Positions 34,903 through 44,655 of a stretch of 64,000 nt of DNA are shown here, in pieces (the first letter of the stretch is position 1; each line of letters starts with the position of its first letter). The stretch is from the NCBI GenBank assembly GCA_964398365.1, contig CAYNMC010000037.1:7812-71811 (forward strand). The letters are read 5' to 3'. Source of the DNA: an uncultured Pseudomonadales bacterium. GTDB lineage: Bacteria > Patescibacteriota > Microgenomatia > UBA1400 > CAYNMC01. The notes under the pieces are model-generated. The model was given only the letters and a program-made list of their open reading frames with translations, made no database searches and was not told the origin of the DNA. Both the position numbers and the translations under genes were made by a program.

Positions 34903-34978
34903 TGGTGAGTCCGGAGGGATTCGAACCCTCGACACCCTGCTTAAAAGGCAGGTGCTCTACCAACTGAGCTACGGACCC
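34903..34978 (-). tRNA. tRNA-Lys (anticodon TTT), CCA encoded
   Basis: By eye it has the same sequence as tRNA-Lys(CTT) at 10998 except at position 34. The anticodon loop is CTTTTAA. Confidence 0.9.
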
Positions 34979-35009
34979 TTTTAACTTATTTATTTTAATC
35001 TAAAGTGCC

Positions 35010-35017
35010 ATTATAAT
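35010..35017. promoter_or_regulatory. second palindromic ATTATAAT between divergent units
   Basis: It lies between tRNA-Lys(TTT) on the minus strand and the membrane-protein gene on the plus strand. Confidence 0.35.
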
Positions 35018-35036
35018 CAATTTTAATTTGAGCTTT

Positions 35037-36707
35037 ATGAAAATAGACAAATTAGCCTACCTTTTGATCTTATTTTTTTCTCTTCTTGCTTTAATGCCGC
35101 TCTTTCAACCAGGTTTTATGGGTTACGATTTTATCTATCAAGGAGCGCGTTTGGCTGCCTTTTACCAAAACCTCAAGGAAGGTGTGATTTTGCCTCGCTG
35201 GGCCGGCGGACCAATGAATGCCGGTTATGGTCATCCGGTGCTGATTTTTCTTTATCCATTTGTCTTTTACTTAGCTTCTTTTTGGCACTTTCTTGGTTTT
35301 TCGCTGGTTGCCTCTCTCAAAATCATTTTGGCTTTGGCTTATTTTTTTTCCGGAATTTTTGCTTATCTTTTCTTTAAAAACCTCAGTGATAAAAAAACTG
35401 CCTTAGCACTGAGTTTGTTCTATCTTTTTATTCCTTATCGTTTTCTCAATCTTTATGGTCGAGCGGCACTGGGTGAACATTTGGCAACTACTTTTTTGCC
35501 TTTGATTTTTTTGGCTATCTGGAAAAATTTTCAAGCACCAAAAACTAAAAATATTTTATTTTTGGCTTTGGCTACTGCTTTGACGATTTTGAGTCACAAT
35601 TTAATTTTCCTTTTAGCAAGCCCTTTAATTTTTATTTTTATTATTTATCTTTATCTTCAAACTAAAAATAAAGCTAGACTAATTTTTCACCTTCTTCCCG
35701 GCTTTCTTTTAGGATTTTCTCTTTCTGCCTTTTTTTGGTTTCCTTTAGTCTTCGAACGCAAATATCTTCGTTACGATGAAATTGCCAATCCGGATTACTT
35801 TTGGCACAATGGCATTTTACCTTTTCATCAAATTTTCTTCCCTCCTGAATATCAACTTTTTCATTTTTCCGAAAAGCCATTTGGCGCCTTAATTTACCCC
35901 ACGCTTGCCCCCACTCAATGGTTTTTATTTTTACTAATCCCCTTTTTAATTTATAAATTTTACAAAAACCGCCTCTTTGTTGTTTTTCTTTTAGCTCTCT
36001 TTTTTTATTTTCTCACGGGCGCTTTTTTAGCCACAAAATTGATGTTTTGGCTAATCTTGACACTACCCGCCCTGGCTTTAGTCCAGCAAGCCTGTCGTTT
36101 TCTCAATCTGCCACTTTTTGCTTCACCTTTTCTTTTGTGGTTAACGACTAAAGCGATTAAGCCTTCTCGTCGTTATCTATTTTTAAGTCTTTTTACCCTT
36201 TTTAACTTTTTACTCAATCTTCCTTATTTTTGGAATCTGAAAATTCCCCGCCAATTTAAAGACGATCATTATTTTTTTAACGAATATTCTCTCACTGCCG
36301 ACACTGGCCAGATTACCCCTCGTTGGGGATTGATAAATTATTTTGTTCCAGCGCCTCAGAAAGTTCAGCTGGTTGCTGGCGGCATAGACAAAATCGAGAT
36401 TGAAAAATGGCACTCTCAAGAACATGTTTATAAGTTAGTTCTCCGTGAGCCAAGTCAAATTGCCGACAATACCCTTTATTTCCCCGGCTGGACAGTTTAT
36501 GTGGATGGGAAAAAAGCACCACTTAACTTCCAAGACATGAATTGGAGAGGTATCATTACTTATCCCGTCCCCGCCGGTACTCATCAAATTAAAGTGAAAT
36601 TTGAAGAAACACGGCTCAGGTTAATCGGAGATTGTTTATCGCTTTCTTCGCTTCTGCTGATCATTCTTATCACTACTTATAAAACTTATAAAAAACTTAT
36701 AAAGTAA
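35037..36707 (+). CDS. large polytopic membrane protein (PTPS-related / GT-C-like family)
   Basis: There are more than 10 hydrophobic segments. The N-terminal GYDFIYQGARLAAFYQNLKEGVILPRWAGGPMNAGYGHPVLIFLYP resembles the PTPS-related membrane protein family. The start is ATG at 35037 or TTG at 35028. Confidence 0.45.
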   Translation: MKIDKLAYLLILFFSLLALMPLFQPGFMGYDFIYQGARLAAFYQNLKEGVILPRWAGGPMNAGYGHPVLIFLYPFVFYLASFWHFLGFSLVASLKIILALAYFFSGIFAYLFFKNLSDKKTALALSLFYLFIPYRFLNLYGRAALGEHLATTFLPLIFLAIWKNFQAPKTKNILFLALATALTILSHNLIFLLASPLIFIFIIYLYLQTKNKARLIFHLLPGFLLGFSLSAFFWFPLVFERKYLRYDEIANPDYFWHNGILPFHQIFFPPEYQLFHFSEKPFGALIYPTLAPTQWFLFLLIPFLIYKFYKNRLFVVFLLALFFYFLTGAFLATKLMFWLILTLPALALVQQACRFLNLPLFASPFLLWLTTKAIKPSRRYLFLSLFTLFNFLLNLPYFWNLKIPRQFKDDHYFFNEYSLTADTGQITPRWGLINYFVPAPQKVQLVAGGIDKIEIEKWHSQEHVYKLVLREPSQIADNTLYFPGWTVYVDGKKAPLNFQDMNWRGIITYPVPAGTHQIKVKFEETRLRLIGDCLSLSSLLLIILITTYKTYKKLIK

Positions 36708-37065
36708 TATTCTGATAATGCTTCAGGTAAACTAATTTTTCCGTTTCTTTTTCAAACATCACCGCCACCACATCAATTCTCGCTGAAGCTGGCAATTCAG
36801 GATGAAGCAGTTGAAAATATTGACTGGTTCTAATAAGGCGGCGGATTTTGTAGGCGGTAATTGCTTCTTCCGGCTTGCCAAATTCTTCACCTATCCGGGT
36901 TTTGACCTCAACAAACACCAAAGTGTCACCGTCTTGAAAAATTAAATCAATTTCGCCAAATTGAGAACGGAAATTTTTAACCAGAAAACGGTAGCCTAAC
37001 TTAAGCAGTTTTTGCTGCGCTAACTGTTCTCCCCTTCTTCCTAATTTCTGTTTCTGACTCAACAT
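36697..37065 (-). CDS. yraN: YraN family endonuclease (UPF0102)
   Basis: GRRGEQLAQQKLLKLGYRFLVKNFRSQFGEIDLIFQDGDTLVFVEVKTR. It overlaps the rplS 3' end by 65 nt. Confidence 0.8.
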   Translation of the reverse strand: MLSQKQKLGRRGEQLAQQKLLKLGYRFLVKNFRSQFGEIDLIFQDGDTLVFVEVKTRIGEEFGKPEEAITAYKIRRLIRTSQYFQLLHPELPASARIDVVAVMFEKETEKLVYLKHYQNITL

Positions 37066-37396
37066 AGCTTTTTTCTTTAATTTTCAAAGCCCTCTTTCCT
37101 TCTCTTTTTCTTAGGTAATAAAGTTTAGCGCGCCTTACTTTGCCCTTTTTCTTGACGATAATCTTCACAATTGAAGGACAAAGAACTGGCCAAATTCTCT
37201 CCACACCAATATTGCCAGCACCCAGTTTTCTTACCGTAAAACTTTTATTAGCTTCTTCTGCGCCTTTGATGGCAATTACCGTACCGTTGAAAATTTGGAT
37301 TTTTTCCTTATCCCCCTCTTTAATTTTATAATGAACAGCGAGGATATCACCGACGTTAAATACGTAATCATTTAAGTTGAGCTTATTGGCCATCAT
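37001..37396 (-). CDS. rplS: 50S ribosomal protein L19
   Basis: VGDILAVHYKIKEGDKEKIQIFNGTVIAIKG...FTVRKLGAGNIGVERIWP...VRRAKLYYLR. Confidence 0.9.
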   Translation of the reverse strand: MMANKLNLNDYVFNVGDILAVHYKIKEGDKEKIQIFNGTVIAIKGAEEANKSFTVRKLGAGNIGVERIWPVLCPSIVKIIVKKKGKVRRAKLYYLRKREGKRALKIKEKSYVESETEIRKKGRTVSAAKTA

Positions 37397-37427
37397 AAAC
37401 GAATCTTAACAAAAACAATCCCAGATT

Positions 37428-39080
37428 TCAAATTTTTCCGGCAGCTTTCAAAAATTCTACAAAAATAGGGTGAGGAGCAAACGGCTTAGACTGATATTCC
37501 GGATGAAATTGTGTGCCTATAAAAAATGGATGTAACGTTTTGGGTAGTTCAATTGCTTCTACCAACTTGCCGTCGGGAGAAATACCAGAAAATCTCATGC
37601 CTTTACTTTCTAAAAGTTGACGATATTTCAGGTTAAATTCATAACGATGTCGGTGCCGCTCATAAATGATATCCCCAGAAAAGGGTTTTTTTGTCAACTG
37701 ACTATTTTTTTTATAAGTTTGCCAAAGAAAACTTTCCTTTTCAAGCCTGCAAGGCCAAACACCCAAGCGAATGGTACCCCCGTATTGTCTTTTAGCAAGA
37801 TAATTTTTTTGATCAGGCATAATATGAATTACCGGGTGCTTGGTTTTGGGATTAACTTCCGTCGAATTGGCATCTTTTAGACCGCAAACATGGCGGGCAA
37901 ATTCGATAATCGCCATCTGCATGCCAAAACATAAACCAAGATAAGGAATCTTTCTTTCGCGACTAAACTGAACGGCTTTAATTTTTCCTTCGACCCCTCG
38001 CGATCCCCAACCTTGAGGCACAATAATCCCGTCGGCTTCTTCTAAACCTTTAAAACCTTCCTTCTCACCCCTTTCACTGTCGTACCATAAAATTTGCACT
38101 TTTAAATTATTAAACCACGCTGCATGTTTAATCGCCTCAATAACAGAAATATAAGAATCTTCCAGTGAAAAATCGCCACTGGCATAATATTTCGCCACAA
38201 TGGCAATTTTAATTACTCTTTTTATGTTTTTTACTTTATCAATTAATTTCTGCCAATCAGTTAAATTTGGTTTTTTTAAAGGTAATTGGAGTTTCTTAAA
38301 AATTAACTGACTAAGTCCTTGTTTTTCCAAAATTAGAGGCGATTGATAGACATTATCTAAATCAGGACTAGAAATAATCGCTTGCGGTGGTAAGCCAGCC
38401 GCGAGGGCAATTTTTTTCTTGCGAATATTATCTACGGCTTTTTCGGAACGACAAATTATAAGATCCGGGCGAATACCAATACTGTTAAGCGACATAATTG
38501 ATTGTTGTATAGGCTTAGTTTTCATTTCACCAATATGCCGCGGTATAGGTAAATAACCAAGATGAAGAAAACAAACGGCCGCAGGTTGCTGAGCGGAAAG
38601 CATTCTCGCGGTTTCTAGAAAAACAATATTTTGATACTCGCCTACGGTACCGCCCAGTTCTACGACTAAAAAATCACAACTTTTAGCTACCTTTTTGAAC
38701 CGTTGAAGAATCTCATCTGATAAAAAGGGGAAAGCTTCAACGCATTTACCATGGTAGGCCAAGCTTCTTTCTTTTCTGAGTACTTCCCAATAAATTTTAC
38801 CGTTGGTAAGATAGTTATCTTCGGTGAGATTTTCTTCTAAAAATCTTTCATAATGACCAACATCTTGATCACATTCTTCTCCATCTTTGGTAACAAAAAT
38901 CTCGCCATGTTCAAAGGGATTCATCGTTCCCGCGTCAATATTAAGATACATGTCACATTTAAGTGGGGCTACTCTAAAACCTGCTCTTTTCAAAATTAAC
39001 GCCACCGAGGCAGTCACAATACCCTTTCCTAAACCAGAAAGTACTCCGCCGGTTACAAAAATATATTTAGTTAAAGCCAT
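37428..39080 (-). CDS. pyrG: CTP synthase
   Basis: KYIFVTGGVLSGLGKGI..., a glutaminase domain GLCFGMQ, and HRHRYE. Confidence 0.95.
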   Translation of the reverse strand: MALTKYIFVTGGVLSGLGKGIVTASVALILKRAGFRVAPLKCDMYLNIDAGTMNPFEHGEIFVTKDGEECDQDVGHYERFLEENLTEDNYLTNGKIYWEVLRKERSLAYHGKCVEAFPFLSDEILQRFKKVAKSCDFLVVELGGTVGEYQNIVFLETARMLSAQQPAAVCFLHLGYLPIPRHIGEMKTKPIQQSIMSLNSIGIRPDLIICRSEKAVDNIRKKKIALAAGLPPQAIISSPDLDNVYQSPLILEKQGLSQLIFKKLQLPLKKPNLTDWQKLIDKVKNIKRVIKIAIVAKYYASGDFSLEDSYISVIEAIKHAAWFNNLKVQILWYDSERGEKEGFKGLEEADGIIVPQGWGSRGVEGKIKAVQFSRERKIPYLGLCFGMQMAIIEFARHVCGLKDANSTEVNPKTKHPVIHIMPDQKNYLAKRQYGGTIRLGVWPCRLEKESFLWQTYKKNSQLTKKPFSGDIIYERHRHRYEFNLKYRQLLESKGMRFSGISPDGKLVEAIELPKTLHPFFIGTQFHPEYQSKPFAPHPIFVEFLKAAGKI

Positions 39081-39967
39081 TTTTTTATCCCTTCAACGAA
39101 GATTGGCGCTAAAGATAAAACGGTAAGCTTTTTTTCTGATTTTTGCTGCGGTGCAATACTATCAGTAACGATTACTTTATCAACCGAACTTTTGCTTAAA
39201 GCCGTAATCGCTTCTTTAAGATAAAGATGATGGGTAGCAAAAAAATAAACCGCTCTCGCGCCTTCCGCTTTAAGCGTCCGGGCGACGCTCACGACTGTCC
39301 GGCCGGTATTAATAAGATCGTCAAAAATCAAACAGGTTTTACCTTTAACTGGGGAAGAAATGCCATGAATAGTTAATTCGCCGGTGGCCCGATCCCGTTC
39401 TTTATCAATCGCTATCTGCTCAAGCTTTAAATCTTGAGCAAAAAGACGCGAACGTTTCATCGCACCAAAATCAGGACTGACAACCACGGCATTATTTTTG
39501 ATTTCTTTTTTAATATAATCAACAAAAAGTTGGCGGGCTGAATAATGCATCACCGGTATTTCAAAAAACCCGGCAACACTATCATTGTGTAAATCCACGG
39601 TGAAAATACGCGCCACGCCGCTGGCAGAAATCATTCGGCTAATAACTTTGGCGGCAATTGGTTCACCAGTGCGAAAAACTTTATCTTGCAAAGAGTAAGC
39701 CAGCCACGGTATAATGGCAAAGATTTTAGCGGCGCCAGCCCGTACCAAACCGTCAATGATCAGTAGTAATTCAATAATCATGCTGTTGGGAAAAGGTGAA
39801 AAACTTTGCACCACGACGCAATCCTGACCATTAACATCTTCTTTAATCCAAACACGAGCTTCACCATTGGGAAATTTAGAGAGTTCTAAATTGCCCATTT
39901 TTATCTTTAATATTTTGGCAATTTTTTTGGCTAAAGGTTGATTTGACGAACCACTAAAAATTTTCAT
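39071..39967 (-). CDS. prs: ribose-phosphate pyrophosphokinase
   Basis: MKIFSGSSNQPLAKKIA...VVSPDFGAMKR...IFDDLINTGRT. Confidence 0.9.
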   Translation of the reverse strand: MKIFSGSSNQPLAKKIAKILKIKMGNLELSKFPNGEARVWIKEDVNGQDCVVVQSFSPFPNSMIIELLLIIDGLVRAGAAKIFAIIPWLAYSLQDKVFRTGEPIAAKVISRMISASGVARIFTVDLHNDSVAGFFEIPVMHYSARQLFVDYIKKEIKNNAVVVSPDFGAMKRSRLFAQDLKLEQIAIDKERDRATGELTIHGISSPVKGKTCLIFDDLINTGRTVVSVARTLKAEGARAVYFFATHHLYLKEAITALSKSSVDKVIVTDSIAPQQKSEKKLTVLSLAPIFVEGIKKWL

Positions 39968-40573
39968 TTAAACCCTTGTTTTCTTCAGAAATTCTAAGAC
40001 CTCTTGATATTTTTTAAAACTGATTTTCCCTTTTTTCCACAAAATCTCTAAGACTTTGGTGAGGTAAAAAACCGCATGTACTTGATAACCTTTGGCTGCT
40101 AATTTTTCAGCACCACCTTGTTCTCTATCAATTAAAATTACCACATCTTTCACTTTTAATCCCGAAGCCACCAATGGCTTAATTACCATTAGTTTACTCT
40201 CACCTGTAGTAATAATATCATCAATGACAACCACTTGTTCACCCTTTTTATATTCCCCTTGAACCAATTTGCTCACACCATAGCCTTGAGCTTCTTTACG
40301 CGTATAAACGAGAGGCTGCTGGTAAATTACACTGATGACACTGGCAATAGGTAAAGCAGCATAAGGGACCGCCGCTAGACGGTCAAAGCTTAATTTTTTG
40401 ATGAGTGTCCAATAAGCCGCAGCACATTTCCTCATTAAAGAAGGATAAGAAACCAATTTTCTAAGATCAATATAAATAGGGGAAATAATACCTGATTTGA
40501 GTTTAAAAGAACCAAGCTCAATACATTTATTTTTAAAAAGAGCTAAAAGTAGTTTTTCTGATTTTGAACCCAT
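39968..40573 (-). CDS. pyrE: orotate phosphoribosyltransferase
   Basis: FKLKSGIISPIYIDLR...VVVIDDIITTGES. Confidence 0.85.
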   Translation of the reverse strand: MGSKSEKLLLALFKNKCIELGSFKLKSGIISPIYIDLRKLVSYPSLMRKCAAAYWTLIKKLSFDRLAAVPYAALPIASVISVIYQQPLVYTRKEAQGYGVSKLVQGEYKKGEQVVVIDDIITTGESKLMVIKPLVASGLKVKDVVILIDREQGGAEKLAAKGYQVHAVFYLTKVLEILWKKGKISFKKYQEVLEFLKKTRV

Positions 40574-40582
40574 CTCTTTTTC

Positions 40583-41416
40583 TTAACAATATTTATTAAT
40601 TAAATTTTTTAGGGCTTGAGTTTTTTCTCTCGCTTGCTGAGCAAAATCTTTGGCACTTGAAGCAAAAATAATGCTGCGGCTAGCATTTATAATCATTCCT
40701 CTTCCATTACTATCTTTTCCTGCTTTAACGGTGATGGCTACTTCACCTCCTTGGGCACCAATACCGGGAATCAAGAGCGGCATCTGGCCGGCAATTTTTC
40801 TAACCGCTGCCAATTCTTTGGGGTAAGTAGCACCCACAACCAAGGCACAATTTTTATTTTTATCCCAATATTTGACCACACGATGGGCAACAATCTTATA
40901 GAGAGGAAGCCGACCAAACTCCTGGTCGTTCACGATTAAATCCTGAAATTCAGCCGCCCCGGGATTAGAAGTTCGGCATAAAACGATAACCCCTTTATCT
41001 TTTCTGGTCAAAAAGGGCCTTAACGCCTCCTCTCCTAGATAAGGATGAACCGTAAGGGCATCAAATTTAAAATAATCAAAAATGGCCTTAACATAACCCA
41101 GGTTGGTATTATCAATATCTGCCCTTTTGGCATCAGCAATAATCAGGATCGAGGGATCTTTTTTCTTAATATAAATCACGGTTTTCCTTAAAACCTCCAT
41201 ACCTTTGGGACCTTCCGCTTCATAAAAAGCAAGGTTTGGCTTATAAGCGCAGACCAAATCATAAGTAGCCTCAACAATTGCCTGATTAAAAGCAAAAATC
41301 GGTTCAGCTTTTTTTAAAAGGTGTTTAGGTAGCTTGCTTATATCACTGTCTAAACCCACACAAACGCAGGAATGCTTTTTGGTAATGATCTCGTCTACTT
41401 TTTTTTGAAAATTCAT
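40583..41416 (-). CDS. pyrF: orotidine 5'-phosphate decarboxylase, type 2
   Basis: VCVGLDSD...YKPNLAFYE...IADAKRADIDNT...PGIGAQGG...NASRSI. Confidence 0.85.
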   Translation of the reverse strand: MNFQKKVDEIITKKHSCVCVGLDSDISKLPKHLLKKAEPIFAFNQAIVEATYDLVCAYKPNLAFYEAEGPKGMEVLRKTVIYIKKKDPSILIIADAKRADIDNTNLGYVKAIFDYFKFDALTVHPYLGEEALRPFLTRKDKGVIVLCRTSNPGAAEFQDLIVNDQEFGRLPLYKIVAHRVVKYWDKNKNCALVVGATYPKELAAVRKIAGQMPLLIPGIGAQGGEVAITVKAGKDSNGRGMIINASRSIIFASSAKDFAQQAREKTQALKNLINKYC

Positions 41417-41940
41417 GTTTTATTTTCGTTAATTTTACTCACTGCCAATTCCAAGAAAATTAGAGTGCAAAGTTCAAAGAGAGATTTAGTTGGGGATCTT
41501 TCCGGCACACCAATAAGTTCTCTCAATTGATACTGGTTACCCAGTCGCCTAGGAATTTTTGCCGGAATTAAAACTAAAAGGTGAGAAATTTTAGCCAAGG
41601 GGGAATCAGCGGTGCCGCTAAGGCTCAAAATTCTCGCTCCCAAAACTCTCGCAATTTTTACGGCGCTTAAAACGTCGCCAGTTTCTCCAGAACCAGAGAT
41701 GGCTATGAGTAAATCATTGGCGTTAATTTTTGGCGTAATTGTCTCGCCGATAACAAAAGTTGTTTTTGACAATCTCACTAAACGCATGGCCAAATATTTA
41801 GCTACTAAACCGGACCTGCCAGCACCCACTACATAAATACGTTTAGCTTTTTTAATTTCGTTGATAAAAAGCTCAAGATCCCTTTCGCGGATATTCACCA
41901 AAACTCTTTTGAGTTCCTTTAAAATTTCTCTAAATAACAT
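41413..41940 (-). CDS. hxlB: 6-phospho-3-hexuloisomerase (SIS domain)
   Basis: RIYVVGAGRSGLVAKYLAMRLVRL...IGETITPKINANDLLIAISGSGETG is the typical PHI pattern at 175 aa. Confidence 0.75.
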   Translation of the reverse strand: MLFREILKELKRVLVNIRERDLELFINEIKKAKRIYVVGAGRSGLVAKYLAMRLVRLSKTTFVIGETITPKINANDLLIAISGSGETGDVLSAVKIARVLGARILSLSGTADSPLAKISHLLVLIPAKIPRRLGNQYQLRELIGVPERSPTKSLFELCTLIFLELAVSKINENKT

Positions 41941-41946
41941 CTTTAA

Positions 41947-42675
41947 TTAAGCTGGCCAGTAGTCAAAAACCGGCCCATCTTTACAAATCCGCTGACCGCC
42001 ACGACTACAAGAACCACATACACCGAAACCGCATTTTATCAGTGCCTCTAAGCTCAATTGATATTTTATTTTAAACTTATCGCATAATTGAGCGATTTTT
42101 GCAAGCATCATTTCTGAACCACAACTGTAAACGCAACTGACTTTATTTTTGGCTAGTATGTCGGCTAATAAATCGGTGATAAAACCTTTAAACCCCAAAG
42201 AACCATCATCAGTACTTACTTTTATTTTTAAACCTAAAGCCTTAAACTTTCGCCTAAAAAGTAATTCTTTTTTCGTCTTAGCACCGAGAAGCACCCTTGA
42301 AGCCTTTTTACCCTTAAGTTTTTTGGCTAAAAAATATAAAGGCACCGCCCCGCAACCTCCAGCCACGAGTATTTTTTTACCTTTTACTTCCTGAAAAACT
42401 CCGTCACCAAAGGGACCTCGATACCAAATTTTATCACCCGGCTTAAGTTTTTGATTGATCGTCCTTGTAAACTTGCCCACTTCCCGAACCGTAAAGGTTA
42501 AAGGATTATTATCAGTTAAAGAAAAAGGTTTTTCCGCTACGCCTGGCAACCACACCATGATAAACTGACCGGGTAAGGCTTCAATTTTTTGTTTAGTAAT
42601 AAAGGTTTTGGTTTCAAAATTTTCTTGAATAACCCGTTTAACTACAACTGCTTTTGGTAAACTTATCTTGTTCAT
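41947..42675 (-). CDS. pyrK: dihydroorotate dehydrogenase electron-transfer subunit
   Basis: An FAD/NAD-binding fold plus the C-terminal 2Fe-2S motif CGFGVCGSCS. Confidence 0.85.
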   Translation of the reverse strand: MNKISLPKAVVVKRVIQENFETKTFITKQKIEALPGQFIMVWLPGVAEKPFSLTDNNPLTFTVREVGKFTRTINQKLKPGDKIWYRGPFGDGVFQEVKGKKILVAGGCGAVPLYFLAKKLKGKKASRVLLGAKTKKELLFRRKFKALGLKIKVSTDDGSLGFKGFITDLLADILAKNKVSCVYSCGSEMMLAKIAQLCDKFKIKYQLSLEALIKCGFGVCGSCSRGGQRICKDGPVFDYWPA

Positions 42676-43600
42676 AGGCTAACCCCCTAAATTCTTTTAA
42701 AGATTGATATTGATGTTCTGCCATAAATTTTTTTATTTCCCCAGTTAAGTGAGTAAAAACTTCTATTCCTCTTAAATAAACGGCTGAACCTACACCAACA
42801 GCTGTTGCGCCGGCCATAATCATCTCGACAGCATTTTCTCCATAAGTAACACCGCCTATACCGATGATGGGAATTTTAACTACTCGGGCAATTTCGTAAA
42901 CACAACGGACAGCCACCGGTTTAATCGCCGGACCAGAGATCCCGCCTACTTTATTACTCAAAATCGGCTTGGCAGCTTCAAGATCAATGATCATCCCCGG
43001 TCCAACCGTATTAATTGCCGAGATGGCATCGGCACCAGCCTTCTCAACCTCCAAGGCAACCTGATTAAGGTGAGGTGTCATATGGGTCAATTTGGCAATG
43101 ATCGGAATTTTTTTGACTCTTTTTTTGACCTCCAAAACTGCCATGGCCGCCAAAAGAGGATCGATACCAAAGGGTTTACCAAACTCATCATCATTATTGG
43201 GACAAGAAAGGTTTAACTCAATAAAGTCTGGTTTTGCCTGGCTGATTTGTTCAGCAGTTTTACCGATATCCTCGATCGTGGGGCCAAAGATACTGGCAAT
43301 AATAAGCACTTGTGAGTCTTTTAATAACTTTTTCAACTTGATGATTTTTGCGGCTTCTTTTTTCACCCCCTCGTTGGTTAAACCGACGGCATTAATCAAC
43401 CCCTTTTCCCAAGCCAAAACCGTGGGATTTTCATGACCTTGACGGGCTTCAAGAGAACAAGACTTAGTCGTCACTGCCCCCAATCCTGTTTTGGCTACCC
43501 TTGCCAACAATTCTGGCTCAGTACCTAAAATACCTGAAGCTAAGATTAAAGGGTTTTTTAATTTTTTACCGCAAAGGTTAACGGAAAGATCCAACTTCAT
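42638..43600 (-). CDS. pyrD: dihydroorotate dehydrogenase catalytic subunit (class 1B)
   Basis: NPLILASGILG...LNLSCPN...GGISGPAIKP...IGIGGV. Confidence 0.9.
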   Translation of the reverse strand: MKLDLSVNLCGKKLKNPLILASGILGTEPELLARVAKTGLGAVTTKSCSLEARQGHENPTVLAWEKGLINAVGLTNEGVKKEAAKIIKLKKLLKDSQVLIIASIFGPTIEDIGKTAEQISQAKPDFIELNLSCPNNDDEFGKPFGIDPLLAAMAVLEVKKRVKKIPIIAKLTHMTPHLNQVALEVEKAGADAISAINTVGPGMIIDLEAAKPILSNKVGGISGPAIKPVAVRCVYEIARVVKIPIIGIGGVTYGENAVEMIMAGATAVGVGSAVYLRGIEVFTHLTGEIKKFMAEHQYQSLKEFRGLAYEQDKFTKSSCS

Positions 43601-44655
43601 AATAATTTTCCTGAACCTTTTTTGGCCAAAATTTGACCATTTTCAAAAACTTTTTTACCTCTTATAAAAACGCTGATTAATTTACCCTTCATTAACCAAC
43701 CAGCAAAAGGTGACCAACCACATTTAGTTTTTAATGCTTTAATTTTTAGTCGCCAACTTCTTGTCAAATCTACTTCTATCCAAGAATTTTTATCAATTTT
43801 AATACCAAAAAGTTCTGCGGGTTTATAACACATCAGTTCTTTTAATCTTTTTAGGCTTAATTTTTTCTTATTTACCGCTGTCAACATTAAAGGTAAAGCT
43901 GTTTCCAAACCAGGTATACCATTGGGTGGTTCTTTTGATTTTTTCTCCTCCACGGTATGCGGTGCATGATCGGTTGCCAAGATATCAATCGTACCGTCAT
44001 TCACTGCCTGCCAAAGTGCTTGCTGATCTTTTTTGGTGGCTAGTGGTGGCCGCATCTTAGCAAAATTCCCTAAAGATTTTTCGTCTTTATTAGTCAAAAA
44101 GAGATAATGAGGTGCGGTTTCGCAGGTAATTCTTACTCCTCTTTTTCGTGCCTGTTTTACTAACTCAAGCTCACTTGCTTGATTAAGATGACAAACATGA
44201 AGCCATTTTTGATAAAGCCAAGCAAAAGTAATTGCCTTGGCCAAGGTTGAGTCTTCAGCATGAACCATGATCGGTTTCTCTTTAGGCCAAAAACGAAAAT
44301 GATTTCTCAGTACCTCTAAGTTTTCGATTAATAAAGGACCTGTCGTCTGGTTCATAAAAATCTTTAAACCATAAGTTTTTTTTGAGGCCTTTTTGTGACT
44401 ACCCCAATTATTTTGGTCGGCCCCAAAATGAAAGCCGACATCACAGACAATTTTTTTGGCGGCTAATCGCCTTTTTTCAGCCAATGCAGTCAAGGAAGTC
44501 GTCGGTTGAGAATTGTTGGGCATATCGATCACCTTCACATAACCGCCGGCCAAAGCCGCGCTGGTGCCGCTGTAAAAATCTTCTTTATAAATGGCTCCCG
44601 GTTCTCTTAGATGCACATGACAATCAATTAAACCGGGCAAACGCAAAAGCTTCAT
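43597..44655 (-). CDS. pyrC: dihydroorotase (short form, 352 aa)
   Basis: LPGLIDCHVHLREPG...ATDHAPH. Confidence 0.85.
   Translation of the reverse strand: MKLLRLPGLIDCHVHLREPGAIYKEDFYSGTSAALAGGYVKVIDMPNNSQPTTSLTALAEKRRLAAKKIVCDVGFHFGADQNNWGSHKKASKKTYGLKIFMNQTTGPLLIENLEVLRNHFRFWPKEKPIMVHAEDSTLAKAITFAWLYQKWLHVCHLNQASELELVKQARKRGVRITCETAPHYLFLTNKDEKSLGNFAKMRPPLATKKDQQALWQAVNDGTIDILATDHAPHTVEEKKSKEPPNGIPGLETALPLMLTAVNKKKLSLKRLKELMCYKPAELFGIKIDKNSWIEVDLTRSWRLKIKALKTKCGWSPFAGWLMKGKLISVFIRGKKVFENGQILAKKGSGKLL

Noticed and set aside
30308-36707. A gene-orientation switch (plus block at 12.6-30.3 kb, minus block at 36.7-64 kb) as a replication terminus, with a dif-like site (ACTAGAATTTAATATAACAAAAT near 30991..31013, sharing CTAGAA with the Firmicute dif XerC arm).
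   Set aside because: An opposite, divergent switch occurs only 18 kb away at 12.6 kb, so the strand blocks cannot both reflect replication direction. The XerD-arm half does not match TTATGTnAAnT. GC skew cannot be separated from coding-strand bias by eye.
37001-37065. A 65-nt overlap between the rplS 3' end and the yraN start as a possible frameshift or fusion.
   Set aside because: Both ORFs are intact in different frames. L19 merely has a basic C-terminal tail of about 20 aa. Overlaps are common throughout this operon, so the overlap is noted but not considered anomalous.
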